Shown here in pieces: positions 8,997-18,047 of a DNA stretch of 64,000 nt. How positions within the stretch are numbered: the stretch's first letter is position 1; each line of letters opens with the position of its first letter. The notes under the pieces were generated by a model, which saw nothing but the letters and a program-made list of their open reading frames with translations, made no database searches and was not told the DNA's origin. Made by a program: the position numbers and the translations under genes. Origin of the DNA: an uncultured Azospirillum sp. (GTDB lineage: Bacteria; Pseudomonadota; Alphaproteobacteria; RF32; CAG-239); NCBI GenBank assembly GCA_900542055.1, contig UQMA01000004.1:6955-70954 (forward strand), in the 5' to 3' direction.

Positions 8997-11900
8997 ATGG
9001 CTGAAATTGACAATGAAATTGAAGAACTGTTAAAAACTTTATCCGGTGACTTGGAGGGGGTTTCCGGTCTTGTGGATAAGCTTTCTCAACTGTCTAACTA
9101 TGGAATTGACGGTCCTTTGGTAATGCAGGTGGATGAAGCTATTAAACGTATTCAAAACTTTGCCGAACAAAAATTGGAAAGTTTTGAAATTGAAGGCTTA
9201 ACTCCTGAAGGAGCCGAAAAATATCAGCAATATTTGTACATCTCCAATTCAAAAGAAGATGTTGATGAGCAGACGCAGGAACGAAATACTAAAATTAACG
9301 GTGAGATAGCCCCTTTGGTCGCTCAGTATGAAGAGGATACAAACTCTGGAAATATTGATGAAAATGAGGATATTGTTGCCAACGCTGAAGCTTGGGACAA
9401 AGAAACAGCCGATATTCAGCCGATTGAAGAAATAACGCATGAAGACGGTGTTAAACGCCAACAGGTTACTAATGACTTTGAAAGTTTCGGCGGATTTTTC
9501 TCTTCTTTAGATGAAAAAACAGCAAAAGAAGTGGCTGAACTTGCGCGTTTGGAAAGTATTCAAGATTTAGCCCAAAAAGCCCCGACAGAAGATAAAGAAG
9601 CCAACAAAAAAGCTTATATCGAAAAAACAAGCGAAGTTTTGGATCAGACAGGCGTTCAGCTTTGGCAGGAATATCAAAAGCAATTATATGTTAAAGAACA
9701 TCCTGAACTGCAAGGGGATTACGATTTTGCAGCTGATGAACAATTAGAGCCTAAAGTAGATAATCCAGCTGAATATATCGAGGCTATGCCTGAAGATAAA
9801 ATAAAAGAGGCTGATAAACGCATTGAGAATGGTGAAGAGCTCAGCATAACCGAAATGGCTCAAATGTGCAAAGGTCGTCCTTTATTGAATAAACCGGCTC
9901 GCCAAGAATTAATGTCGGTCATTGAAAGAGCTGGAAAAGCCGAAAAAATTGAAGGCGATGAATTGGTTGCTTTGCAGTTTTTACTCAATGAAACCAAGCG
10001 CGTTCCGGAATATAATAAATTGGCAGATAAAGAACATGTATCTTCTGCCCAAAAACATCTGGACGCTTTTCGCAGCAGATTATCAGCTGTTCGCAATTAT
10101 CAAGATAAAATAAATACTCAGGCGGTTACATTTGATCATAATACGTTTTCTGATAAAGAAGTTTTGAAGTCGGCTTGGACAAATGTTTCGTGCACCCGCG
10201 GCGCGGCATTGGTGCAAAAAGCTGAGCATATGTCGCTGATGACTAAAGCCAAGGGAATTTGGGAAAAAGTAAAGGTATGGGATAAAAAACAAACCGAAAA
10301 GCATCCAAAACTATATCCTTTGGCCAAAACAATGGTTCTTAATACGACAGTGAGCGTAACAACAGGTATTGCCGGTATGACGGCGCTTTCAGGTTATAGA
10401 CTTTATAAACAGGTTAAAAACAATTATAACGATTATAAGCAAAAAGCAGAAAAAGCCAAAGCGGAAGGAAAAGAATTTCCGAAAAATTACCGCTCTTATT
10501 TCTTTTCAAAAGAAAATAAAGAGGCTGCAGTTGCAATGGGAACAACTGCTTTATTATCAGCTGTTTCAGTCGGATTTGGTGCGGCATCGGTTGCTGAACA
10601 TGGTCTAAGCTCTGTTACGGGACTGGCCGGCAGATTAGCAGAAGGTCATGCAAGCGCTGGTGGTAGCATGTTATCGGGTTTTGTTGAAAGAGTTAAAAAT
10701 TTTGATTGGAAAAATGCGGCAATTTCGGCGCGTACCGCCAGTGCAACAGCTATCAGCGTGGCATCTGGTATAGTAGCAGGAGAATTTGCTGCGCAAAAAC
10801 AACGACAGTTTGAAAAACAGCTTGATACAATGCTGCAACAATATGGAGCGGAATTGCCTACGGATAAAAAAACTTTGAAATTGCGTTCAAGCGATCCGCA
10901 AGCATATATTTTAGAAGTTTTAAATCAAAATAAGCTGAATTTGAAACAGGACAAAATAACCGAATTGAATGATATTGCCAAAAATGTTGTTATAAAACGC
11001 AAAGAAAAGAATTTTAAACGTTGGGGAACACTGGGGGGCAGTGCCATGGGTTTGGCATTTGCCGGATTCTTCGGGGCAAAACAAGATTTGGAATCTCAGC
11101 AAGCTCAAACTTCACAGGAAACAGCTTTAAATACCGACACTGGTTTGAGAGCTGGGGCTTCCGAACAAGCCGGAGCATATTTTAATGAAAATGATGGAAA
11201 TGTTACGCTCGGCGAAAAAATTAATGAAAATGACAGTATTTTGAATACAAAAATATACGAACAAAAAGACAGCTTTATGCAATGGAAAGAGGAACAAGCT
11301 AATCTTACGGGAGGTGAAAATTCCGATTCTCATATGTTTGAGCAGACAGCTGCGGCTGATGGTATTGATATAAATAATTTATCATCGGAACAGCAGCATG
11401 ATTTGGATATGCTGTTTAAACGCTATCCGCGGGCTGCCAGTTTGATTTTGGAAGGCAACGCCGATCCAGCAGTTGGGGACACGCCGTCTAACGGGGTTTT
11501 AACTTCTGCAAAATTGCAAAGTATGTATGAAAGCGGACAGATAGATGAAGCTAAACTAAAAGATATGGTCAAATTTGCCGGAGAGCATTTTGATGCCCGC
11601 GGTAACTTTACCGGACCTGATGCCGAAGCTCTGAATGCTGAAGCCAAGGCTTGGAGCAATGCTCATGCCCACAGTAATTCGGAACAGCATCACTCGACTT
11701 CAACACGTCATTCGAATGGCGGTACGCGGCTTGAAGATGTTGAAAAGCCTCAAACTTCAAATGAACCTCAGGGAAATAGTGAAACACCGGCAGCAGATGA
11801 GCCGGTGGAAGAACAAAAAACTCCTGAAAACAGTGCTGAAAACAGTGAACAGCAGCAGGAAACGCCGGTCGCGGCTGCCAATGAGCCTGTTCAGGGTGAA

Positions 11901-13958
11901 ATTACCAAAAAAGGCATTAATCTGAAATATACTATTGAAGGCGATGAAAGTGAAAAAGGCTATAGCCTTACTTATGAAGGCAAAGCAAAAGCCGATAAAG
12001 ATATTTACAAATCAATGCTCAAAACTATTACCCGTGAGGACGATGGAAGTTACAGTGCGGCCAACGGACATATTCACGGTCAAGATTACAGCACAATCAG
12101 AGGAAGGGTCGAAGCTGCGGCAAAATCAGTTACGATTGAGCATGAAATATACAAAGATGTTCAAAATTCAGGAACGCAGCTTACAGAGGCAGAAAAATCG
12201 TTTATCAAGACGCATGAAGCCAATATGGATAAGTTAGGACTGCAAAACGAACAACAAACCGACAATTCGGCAAAAGCGGGAAATACAACCGAACTTGAAA
12301 GCAAAGGTTTGAATAATGCCGAAAATAAAACCGTTGAAAATAATGATACTGAGCAAGATAAAAATATTACGCAAGAACAATCTGTTTCCGAAAATCCTTC
12401 TCAAGATCACGCGCAAAATAACGAAAAAGAAAATCAACCTGTTGCTGCCGAAAAAAATAAAGATGATGTTGAAAAACAAGCGGAAACTCCCGTTCAAGAG
12501 CCCGTTTCCAACGAAACTAAAGGCGAAGTTCACAATGGCTTTGTTAATGCAAAATATACTATTGTAGGCAAAGCGGATAATTCGGGCTATTCGCTTAAAT
12601 ATGAAGGAAGCACCAGAATCAATTGGAAGGTTCATCGCGCTTTGCTTAATGGCATTACTCAAGACAAAGACGGATCTTATACAACGGCGAACGGGGCTAT
12701 CCGCAGTAGAAACTATAATATTGTCGTTCATAAAGTGCAAAGTGTATGTCAGGATGCCAGTATTAAAAACGGGATTTATACAGATCTAAAAAATTCTGGA
12801 CGGGAGCTGACCGATGCGGAAAAAATGTTTCTTAGAGATCATGAAAGAGAAATGAAAAAATATGGTATCAAAATGAGTGATTTATCCGCACCAAGCAAGT
12901 CAAACTCTGAAACCGTCAATACTCCTTCACGCAATGAAACACATACAGTTGAAGCTAAAGAACCAGTTGAAAAGACTTCGACCCAAACTCATGAAACTGT
13001 TAAAGAAAGTACAACTTCTGATAATAGCGACAGAGTTGCTGTTCCTACTGTGGAAAACGATGGTTATATGACCACTTCTTCCGGACTTTCTTTCAAGATT
13101 GAAGGCAATGGTGACATTGTTTACAAAACTGTAATGAGCGCCGAACAAACGGCAAAAGCTGATGCTGAGGTTTATAAAGCTTTGTTTGCAAAAATGAATG
13201 CAACTCACGAAGCCGGTGTCGGAGAGTTGGCATTTATGAGTGATTATGCTAAAGAACATAATCTCAGTTTTGGCGGCAGCGCTCAATTGGCTGAAAATCA
13301 GGCGGCAAGTCATAGCAGTATGTCTGAAGCAAAGACTGCTGAAACTGAAACTCCTAAAAAAACAACGCCTCAATATTCTGCTTCACGCAGCAGAGTTAAT
13401 GATGATGTTTATGGCCATTCAGGAAAAGGCAAAACAGAGTTTTCTAATGGAGAAGGAGCGCACACTGAAACGGCTCAGTCTCAGCAAAATGCGGCTGAAA
13501 TTGACACTCAGCACCGTATTAGCCAGTACCGAGGTATAAAAGGACATTATACTTTTATCAGCCATGGAGCGGGAGAGCCGGAAGTCGATACTCAATATTT
13601 GAGAAATGTTCCGATAAATAATACGCTTCGTTCTCACCTCAGAGCAACTCATGAATGGAATGCCAATGCTAGCAGAACATCCTATTTGGGAGGATTTATT
13701 CAAGGCAATACAGATGATGCCGATGCCAAATTGCATAATTTCTGCAAAAACCTTGAAGGCAGCGATGTTGTTTACCGAGATATGCAGAAGCGCATTTCAA
13801 AGGGATATGAGCCGACGCAGGTTGAACAACGCTGGATGAAAGGATTCGAAAAAGATATCCGTACGTTGGGACTTGATTATGTAGGCGGAGAATTGACACC
13901 GGTTAAAAATCCGCTGACATTATTTCAACAAAGAAACAATGCCGGCTGCGGTCGATAA
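8997..13958 (+). CDS. Giant (1653 aa) acidic membrane-associated ORFan with a 4x internally repeated C-terminal module
   Basis: A single uninterrupted ORF with GGAG upstream. It has a D/E/K/Q-rich N-terminal part of about 440 aa. Four hydrophobic segments fall at aa ~445-695. Acidic/polar linkers separate four copies of a ~70-115-aa module. No known family is recognised by eye. Confidence 0.8.
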   Translation: MAEIDNEIEELLKTLSGDLEGVSGLVDKLSQLSNYGIDGPLVMQVDEAIKRIQNFAEQKLESFEIEGLTPEGAEKYQQYLYISNSKEDVDEQTQERNTKINGEIAPLVAQYEEDTNSGNIDENEDIVANAEAWDKETADIQPIEEITHEDGVKRQQVTNDFESFGGFFSSLDEKTAKEVAELARLESIQDLAQKAPTEDKEANKKAYIEKTSEVLDQTGVQLWQEYQKQLYVKEHPELQGDYDFAADEQLEPKVDNPAEYIEAMPEDKIKEADKRIENGEELSITEMAQMCKGRPLLNKPARQELMSVIERAGKAEKIEGDELVALQFLLNETKRVPEYNKLADKEHVSSAQKHLDAFRSRLSAVRNYQDKINTQAVTFDHNTFSDKEVLKSAWTNVSCTRGAALVQKAEHMSLMTKAKGIWEKVKVWDKKQTEKHPKLYPLAKTMVLNTTVSVTTGIAGMTALSGYRLYKQVKNNYNDYKQKAEKAKAEGKEFPKNYRSYFFSKENKEAAVAMGTTALLSAVSVGFGAASVAEHGLSSVTGLAGRLAEGHASAGGSMLSGFVERVKNFDWKNAAISARTASATAISVASGIVAGEFAAQKQRQFEKQLDTMLQQYGAELPTDKKTLKLRSSDPQAYILEVLNQNKLNLKQDKITELNDIAKNVVIKRKEKNFKRWGTLGGSAMGLAFAGFFGAKQDLESQQAQTSQETALNTDTGLRAGASEQAGAYFNENDGNVTLGEKINENDSILNTKIYEQKDSFMQWKEEQANLTGGENSDSHMFEQTAAADGIDINNLSSEQQHDLDMLFKRYPRAASLILEGNADPAVGDTPSNGVLTSAKLQSMYESGQIDEAKLKDMVKFAGEHFDARGNFTGPDAEALNAEAKAWSNAHAHSNSEQHHSTSTRHSNGGTRLEDVEKPQTSNEPQGNSETPAADEPVEEQKTPENSAENSEQQQETPVAAANEPVQGEITKKGINLKYTIEGDESEKGYSLTYEGKAKADKDIYKSMLKTITREDDGSYSAANGHIHGQDYSTIRGRVEAAAKSVTIEHEIYKDVQNSGTQLTEAEKSFIKTHEANMDKLGLQNEQQTDNSAKAGNTTELESKGLNNAENKTVENNDTEQDKNITQEQSVSENPSQDHAQNNEKENQPVAAEKNKDDVEKQAETPVQEPVSNETKGEVHNGFVNAKYTIVGKADNSGYSLKYEGSTRINWKVHRALLNGITQDKDGSYTTANGAIRSRNYNIVVHKVQSVCQDASIKNGIYTDLKNSGRELTDAEKMFLRDHEREMKKYGIKMSDLSAPSKSNSETVNTPSRNETHTVEAKEPVEKTSTQTHETVKESTTSDNSDRVAVPTVENDGYMTTSSGLSFKIEGNGDIVYKTVMSAEQTAKADAEVYKALFAKMNATHEAGVGELAFMSDYAKEHNLSFGGSAQLAENQAASHSSMSEAKTAETETPKKTTPQYSASRSRVNDDVYGHSGKGKTEFSNGEGAHTETAQSQQNAAEIDTQHRISQYRGIKGHYTFISHGAGEPEVDTQYLRNVPINNTLRSHLRATHEWNANASRTSYLGGFIQGNTDDADAKLHNFCKNLEGSDVVYRDMQKRISKGYEPTQVEQRWMKGFEKDIRTLGLDYVGGELTPVKNPLTLFQQRNNAGCGR
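10329..11081 (+). other. Block of four predicted transmembrane segments inside the giant ORF
   Basis: The hydrophobic stretches are TMVLNTTVSVTTGIAGMTALSGY, AAVAMGTTALLSAVSVGFGAASVA, AISARTASATAISVASGIVAGEFAA and WGTLGGSAMGLAFAGFFGA. This is a by-eye hydropathy call only. Confidence 0.5.
11895..12242 (+). repeat. Giant-ORF protein module, copy 1 (aa ~967-1082)
   Basis: GEITKKGINLKYTIEGDESEKGYSLTYEGKAKADKDIYKSMLKTITREDDGSYSAANGHIHGQDYSTIRGRVEAAAKSVTIEHEIYKDVQNSGTQLTEAEKSFIKTHEANMDKLGL. Confidence 0.8.
12522..12872 (+). repeat. Giant-ORF protein module, copy 2 (aa ~1176-1292)
   Basis: GEVHNGFVNAKYTIVGKADNSGYSLKYEGSTRINWKVHRALLNGITQDKDGSYTTANGAIRSRNYNIVVHKVQSVCQDASIKNGIYTDLKNSGRELTDAEKMFLRDHEREMKKYGI. 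It is colinear with copy 1. Confidence 0.8.
13062..13265 (+). repeat. Giant-ORF protein module, copy 3 (short and degenerate, aa ~1356-1423)
   Basis: GYMTTSSGLSFKIEGNGDIVYKTVMSAEQTAKADAEVYKALFAKMNATHEAGVGELAFMSDYAKEHNL. It keeps the (K/S)F/Y-x-IEG start and the VY-x-x-(hydrophobic)..E..F..(D/H)..E/K..L end of copies 1 and 2. Confidence 0.5.
13536..13880 (+). repeat. Giant-ORF protein module, copy 4 (degenerate, aa ~1514-1628)
   Basis: IKGHYTFISHG..VVYRDMQKRISKGYEPTQVEQRWMKGFEKDIRTLGL. Its end aligns with IYKDVQNSGTQLTEAEKSFIKTHEANMDKLGL (copy 1) and IYTDLKNSGRELTDAEKMFLRDHEREMKKYGI (copy 2). Confidence 0.5.
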
Positions 13959-13975
13959 AAAAATGCTGTTTGAAG

Positions 13976-14007
13976 AAAAACTCCCGAAAATCGGGAGTTT
14001 TTCTTTT
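13976..14007 (+). terminator. Rho-independent terminator after the giant ORF
   Basis: aaaaa-CTCCCGA-aaa-TCGGGAG-tttttctttt: a 7-bp GC-rich stem with a 3-nt loop and a T-tract, 18 nt after the stop. Confidence 0.65.
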
Positions 14008-14221
14008 GTATAAAGCATAAAAAACGCCTTGCCGTCATAAAGACACAAGGCGCTGTTTTCTGCCGGTGAGCTGATTGGGGGTCAAGACTATAAATAGCAG
14101 AAAACTGATATAATTTTACATTAGTTTTATATATAAAGCAAGTGGCTAAATTTTTTTAGTGAAAAAATAATCCAAAGGTTTTATGTTCAGAGTGTTTTAA
14201 TGATTGTTAAAATGAGGAAAA

Positions 14222-15001
14222 ATGAAAATAGGCGTCTTTGATTCGGGACTTGGCGGGCTGGTGATAACTAAAGCTTTTATCAATAAAATGCCGGAATACG
14301 ATTATTTATATTATGGTGATTCGGCGCACTTGCCTTATGGAGATAAAACCTCCGGACAAATTTTAAGCTATACGCTGTCGGCCATGCGTTATATGATAGC
14401 TAATGACTGCAAAATTATTATTATTGCATGCAATACGGCCACTTCGATAGCTCTTCGCTATATTCAGCAGCGTTTTATCCCTGAAGTTGCCCCCGATATT
14501 AAAGTTTTGGGAGTCGTGATTCCGACGGTTGAAGTTGCGGTTATGAAACAAGCTCAAAAAATCGGGGTGGTGGCGACATCGGCAACAGTGCGTTCACATA
14601 TATATCAAACTGAATTGCATAAATTGAATCCTCAGCTCAATGTTTTGGAAATTGCCGCTCCAGAATTGGTTCCAGCAATTGAAAATAACAATTTTGCATA
14701 TGCCGAAGAGTTTGTTCGTGAATATTCACGCTCATTCATTGATTTTGACAGTTTAATTCTCGGCTGCACGCATTATCCGTTGCTGAAAGATGTTTTCCGC
14801 CGCTATTTGCCGAGAACAGCTGTTATTTCGCAAGATGAGCTTATGGCTGAAAAATTACGAGATTATTTAAAAAGACATCCTGAAATAAACGAAAAACTAA
14901 CTCAAAAAGGCGAAAAAAGTTTTAGGGTCAGTGCCTTAAATCAACAGGCCGAAAAAGTTGCGCAAATGCTTTTTTCGGGAATTTCATTGATAAAAGCCTA
15001 A
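14222..15001 (+). CDS. murI: Glutamate racemase
   Basis: 259 aa. MKIGVFDSGLGGLVI.., IIIACNTAT (first catalytic Cys) and LILGCTHYPLL (second catalytic Cys) are present. Confidence 0.9.
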   Translation: MKIGVFDSGLGGLVITKAFINKMPEYDYLYYGDSAHLPYGDKTSGQILSYTLSAMRYMIANDCKIIIIACNTATSIALRYIQQRFIPEVAPDIKVLGVVIPTVEVAVMKQAQKIGVVATSATVRSHIYQTELHKLNPQLNVLEIAAPELVPAIENNNFAYAEEFVREYSRSFIDFDSLILGCTHYPLLKDVFRRYLPRTAVISQDELMAEKLRDYLKRHPEINEKLTQKGEKSFRVSALNQQAEKVAQMLFSGISLIKA

Positions 15002-15007
15002 TATCTC

Positions 15008-15037
15008 ACTTGCAAAGTCCGACTTTTTTTCTTACAT
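15008..15037 (+). promoter_or_regulatory. Candidate sigma-32 (RpoH)-type promoter for hslVU
   Basis: tCTCaCTTGcAA-N15-CTTACAT, 35 nt upstream of the hslV ATG. It resembles CTTGAA..CCCCATNT and the alphaproteobacterial CTTG-N17-18-CYTATNT. hslVU is a classic heat-shock operon. Weak by-eye call. Confidence 0.3.
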
Positions 15038-15071
15038 AGTAAATACATTTAATTTTTGACAAGGATACCAA

Positions 15072-15605
15072 ATGACAACCATTTTATGCATACGCAAAGG
15101 TTCGGATGTTGTGATTGCCGGTGATGGACAGGCAACACTCGGAGAAACGGTTATTTTTAAATCAAAATCGGTTAAAGTCCGCCGTATCGGCAACGGCAAA
15201 ATCATTGCAGGATTTGCCGGCGCGGCTGCTGACGGCATTACGTTGATTGAACGTTTGGAAGGTAAATTGGAAAAATATGCCTATCAGTTGAAACGGGCGG
15301 CTGTCGAATTGGCAAAAGATTGGCGAATGGATAAATATTTACGCCAGCTGCAAGCTTTTATGATTGTGGCTGATAAGGATGTATCGCTTGTTATTTCTGG
15401 AACCGGCGAAGTTATGGAGCCCGATGACGGAATTATAGGCATAGGCAGCGGCGGCAATTATGCGATGGCAGCGGCTAAAGCTTTATATGACATAGAGGGG
15501 TTGAGTCTGGAAGAAATAGCCCGCAAAGCAATGAATATTGCGGGAGATATAGATGTTTACACCAACCATAATTTGATTATTGAAAAGGTATCTCAGCATG
15601 ACTAG
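15072..15605 (+). CDS. hslV: ATP-dependent protease subunit HslV
   Basis: 177 aa. [24 protein letters not shown] has the N-terminal Thr nucleophile after Met. GFAGAAADG is present. Confidence 0.95.
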   Translation: MTTILCIRKGSDVVIAGDGQATLGETVIFKSKSVKVRRIGNGKIIAGFAGAAADGITLIERLEGKLEKYAYQLKRAAVELAKDWRMDKYLRQLQAFMIVADKDVSLVISGTGEVMEPDDGIIGIGSGGNYAMAAAKALYDIEGLSLEEIARKAMNIAGDIDVYTNHNLIIEKVSQHD

Positions 15606-16914
15606 TACAAATTTCAGTCCGAGAGAAATAGTTTCGGAACTTGATAGATATATTATCGGCCAAAATGAGGCTAAAAAAGCAGTGGCTATCGCTTTGCGCA
15701 ACCGTTGGCGCAGAATGCAGGTTGAAGAACATTTGCGGGATGAAATTGTTCCGAAAAATATTTTGATGGTCGGACCGACAGGAGTGGGAAAAACCGAAAT
15801 TTCACGCCGTTTGGCAAAATTGGCAAAGGCTCCTTTTATTAAAGTTGAAGCAACAAAATTTACCGAAATCGGCTATGTCGGCAGAGATGTGGAATCTATT
15901 ATCCGTGATTTGTTGGATATTGCCATTGCACAAAACAAGACCAATATGCGCAAAGCTGTTGAAGAAAAAGCTTCTTTGACGGCGGAAGAACGGATTCTCG
16001 AGGCGTTGGTCGGCGTGTCGGCCAGTGAAGATACAAAACAAAAATTTCGCCAAATGTTTCGCAGCGGCGAGCTTGATGAACGTGAAATTGAAATCAGTGT
16101 TGTAGATGTTCAATCAAATACTATGCCGACAATGGAAATTCCGGGAATGCCTGGAGCGCAAATGGGAATGATAAGCCTTGGCGATATTCTCGGAAAATCT
16201 CTGGGAGATAAGTACAAAAACAAAAAAATGTCGGTTTCAGATGCACGAAAAGTGGTTATGCAGGAAGAATGCGACAAGCTTATCGATGATGAAAAAATTA
16301 TTTCATCAGCCATCAAAGCCGTTGAAAATGACGGAATAGTTTTTATTGATGAAATCGATAAAATCAGCGGGCGCGATGATCGCCGCGGCGGCGATGTATC
16401 ACGCGAAGGCGTTCAAAGAGATTTATTGCCATTGATTGAAGGAACGACTGTGTCTACTAAACATGGCATGGTTAAAACCAATCATATTTTATTTATATGT
16501 TCAGGAGCTTTTCACCTTTCAAAACCATCTGATTTGCTGCCTGAACTGCAAGGTCGATTGCCAATCAGAGTTGAATTGCAAGCTTTAACGCATAATGATT
16601 TTGTTCGTATTTTAACAGAACCGGAAGCAAATTTAATCGATCAATATAAAGCTTTGTTGAAAACAGAAAATTTTGAACTTGAGTTTTTGCCGGAGGCCAT
16701 AGACCGCATCGCCGATGTGGCTGTTCAAATTAATGAAAATGTTGAAAATATAGGCGCGCGCCGTTTGCATACGGTTTTAGAAATATTGCTTGAAGATATT
16801 AGTTTTACGGCTTCTGACCGTAGTGGCGATAAAGTTTTGATTACCCCGCAAATGGTAGATGAGCGTTTAGGCAAATATACAGCGGTCAGCGATTTATCGA
16901 AGTTTATTCTCTGA
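15598..16914 (+). CDS. hslU: ATP-dependent protease ATPase subunit HslU
   Basis: The start is taken at [22 protein letters not shown], where the ATG overlaps the hslV stop. Walker A reads [10 protein letters not shown] and Walker B reads [11 protein letters not shown]. The C-terminus has [10 protein letters not shown]. Confidence 0.95.
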   Translation: MTSTNFSPREIVSELDRYIIGQNEAKKAVAIALRNRWRRMQVEEHLRDEIVPKNILMVGPTGVGKTEISRRLAKLAKAPFIKVEATKFTEIGYVGRDVESIIRDLLDIAIAQNKTNMRKAVEEKASLTAEERILEALVGVSASEDTKQKFRQMFRSGELDEREIEISVVDVQSNTMPTMEIPGMPGAQMGMISLGDILGKSLGDKYKNKKMSVSDARKVVMQEECDKLIDDEKIISSAIKAVENDGIVFIDEIDKISGRDDRRGGDVSREGVQRDLLPLIEGTTVSTKHGMVKTNHILFICSGAFHLSKPSDLLPELQGRLPIRVELQALTHNDFVRILTEPEANLIDQYKALLKTENFELEFLPEAIDRIADVAVQINENVENIGARRLHTVLEILLEDISFTASDRSGDKVLITPQMVDERLGKYTAVSDLSKFIL

Positions 16915-18002
16915 TGGAACGTTTGGGCGTTTATATTCATTGGCCGTATTGCAAAAGCAAATGTCCTTATTGTGATTTTTTCAGCAAAGTCGACAAAAAT
17001 ATTGATGAGCAGCAGATTGTAAAATCTTATTTAGATGACTTGTCTTACTATCGGAAAATGAATGACGGCTATCAAGTCGAAAGCATCTTTTTCGGCGGAG
17101 GAACGCCGTCATTGCTGAAACCTCAGTCGATAAGCTGCATAATTGATAAAATAGTTGCTTTATGGCCTTGTTCCGAAAAAATCGAGATTTCTCTTGAAGC
17201 TAATCCGAACACAAATCATGGTACATTGTTTGCCGATTTGCGACAAGCCGGAATTAATAGACTGTCTTTAGGAGTTCAAGCTCTGAATTCGAAAGATTTG
17301 AAATTTCTTGGACGGACGCACAGCTTAGAGCAAGCATTGTCTTCCATAGATTCAGTGCAGAAAAATTTTGATAATCATTCAATTGATATTATCTATGCTC
17401 GTCCGTTTCAAACTGTATTGGATTGGAAAAAAGAATTAAAATTTGCCTGTGATTTAGGATTAAAACATTTATCCTTGTACCAATTGACGATAGAAGAAAA
17501 TACAGTTTTTGCCCGCCGAGGAATTATGCCTGCCAAAGAAGAAACAGCTTGCAAAATGTATGAGGTTTCGGAACAGATATTGGATGATAACGGCTATTCC
17601 CGTTATGAGGTTTCAAATTATGCGCGGCAAGGTTTTGAATGTAAGCACAATTTGGGATATTGGCAGGGATATGATTATATCGGTATCGGAAACGGAGCTG
17701 TTGGCCGTGTTCATCAAGGAAAAAATTTACTGAATACTTTTTATCATCGCCGATTCGAAATTATAACACCGAACGAAAGAGCTGAAGAGTTACTGATAAT
17801 GGGGCTGCGCCTGCGTTCGGGAATTGAAAAAAAACATTTTGAAAAACAGTGCGGAATAGATTTTCATTCTGCGGTAAATAAAATATTTTTTGAACAGTTT
17901 AAAAAAGAAGGGTTGCTTGTAGAAAATGATACTGACATCAAAGCAACTTCAGCAGGCAATATGGTATTAAATTATATTATAGAACATTTATGCGGCTTAT
18001 AA
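16914..18002 (+). CDS. hemW: Radical SAM heme chaperone HemW (HemN-like, oxygen-independent coproporphyrinogen oxidase family)
   Basis: 362 aa. LGVYIHWPYCKSKCPYCDF contains the CxxxCxxC cluster. FFGGGTPS is present, and a HemN_C-like tail follows. Confidence 0.85.
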   Translation: MERLGVYIHWPYCKSKCPYCDFFSKVDKNIDEQQIVKSYLDDLSYYRKMNDGYQVESIFFGGGTPSLLKPQSISCIIDKIVALWPCSEKIEISLEANPNTNHGTLFADLRQAGINRLSLGVQALNSKDLKFLGRTHSLEQALSSIDSVQKNFDNHSIDIIYARPFQTVLDWKKELKFACDLGLKHLSLYQLTIEENTVFARRGIMPAKEETACKMYEVSEQILDDNGYSRYEVSNYARQGFECKHNLGYWQGYDYIGIGNGAVGRVHQGKNLLNTFYHRRFEIITPNERAEELLIMGLRLRSGIEKKHFEKQCGIDFHSAVNKIFFEQFKKEGLLVENDTDIKATSAGNMVLNYIIEHLCGL

Positions 18003-18047
18003 AAAATTAACCTCTTTGTATTATGTTTCGTTACATGGGGGAAAAAT

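Noticed and set aside
12234-13373. Minus-strand ORFs of 168 and 148 aa, plus several 60-100-aa ORFs in other frames, inside the giant gene
   Set aside because: They are antisense or out-of-frame products of a repetitive, purine-rich coding region. Their composition is Phe/Ile/Asn/Arg-rich low complexity, with no motifs and no SD.
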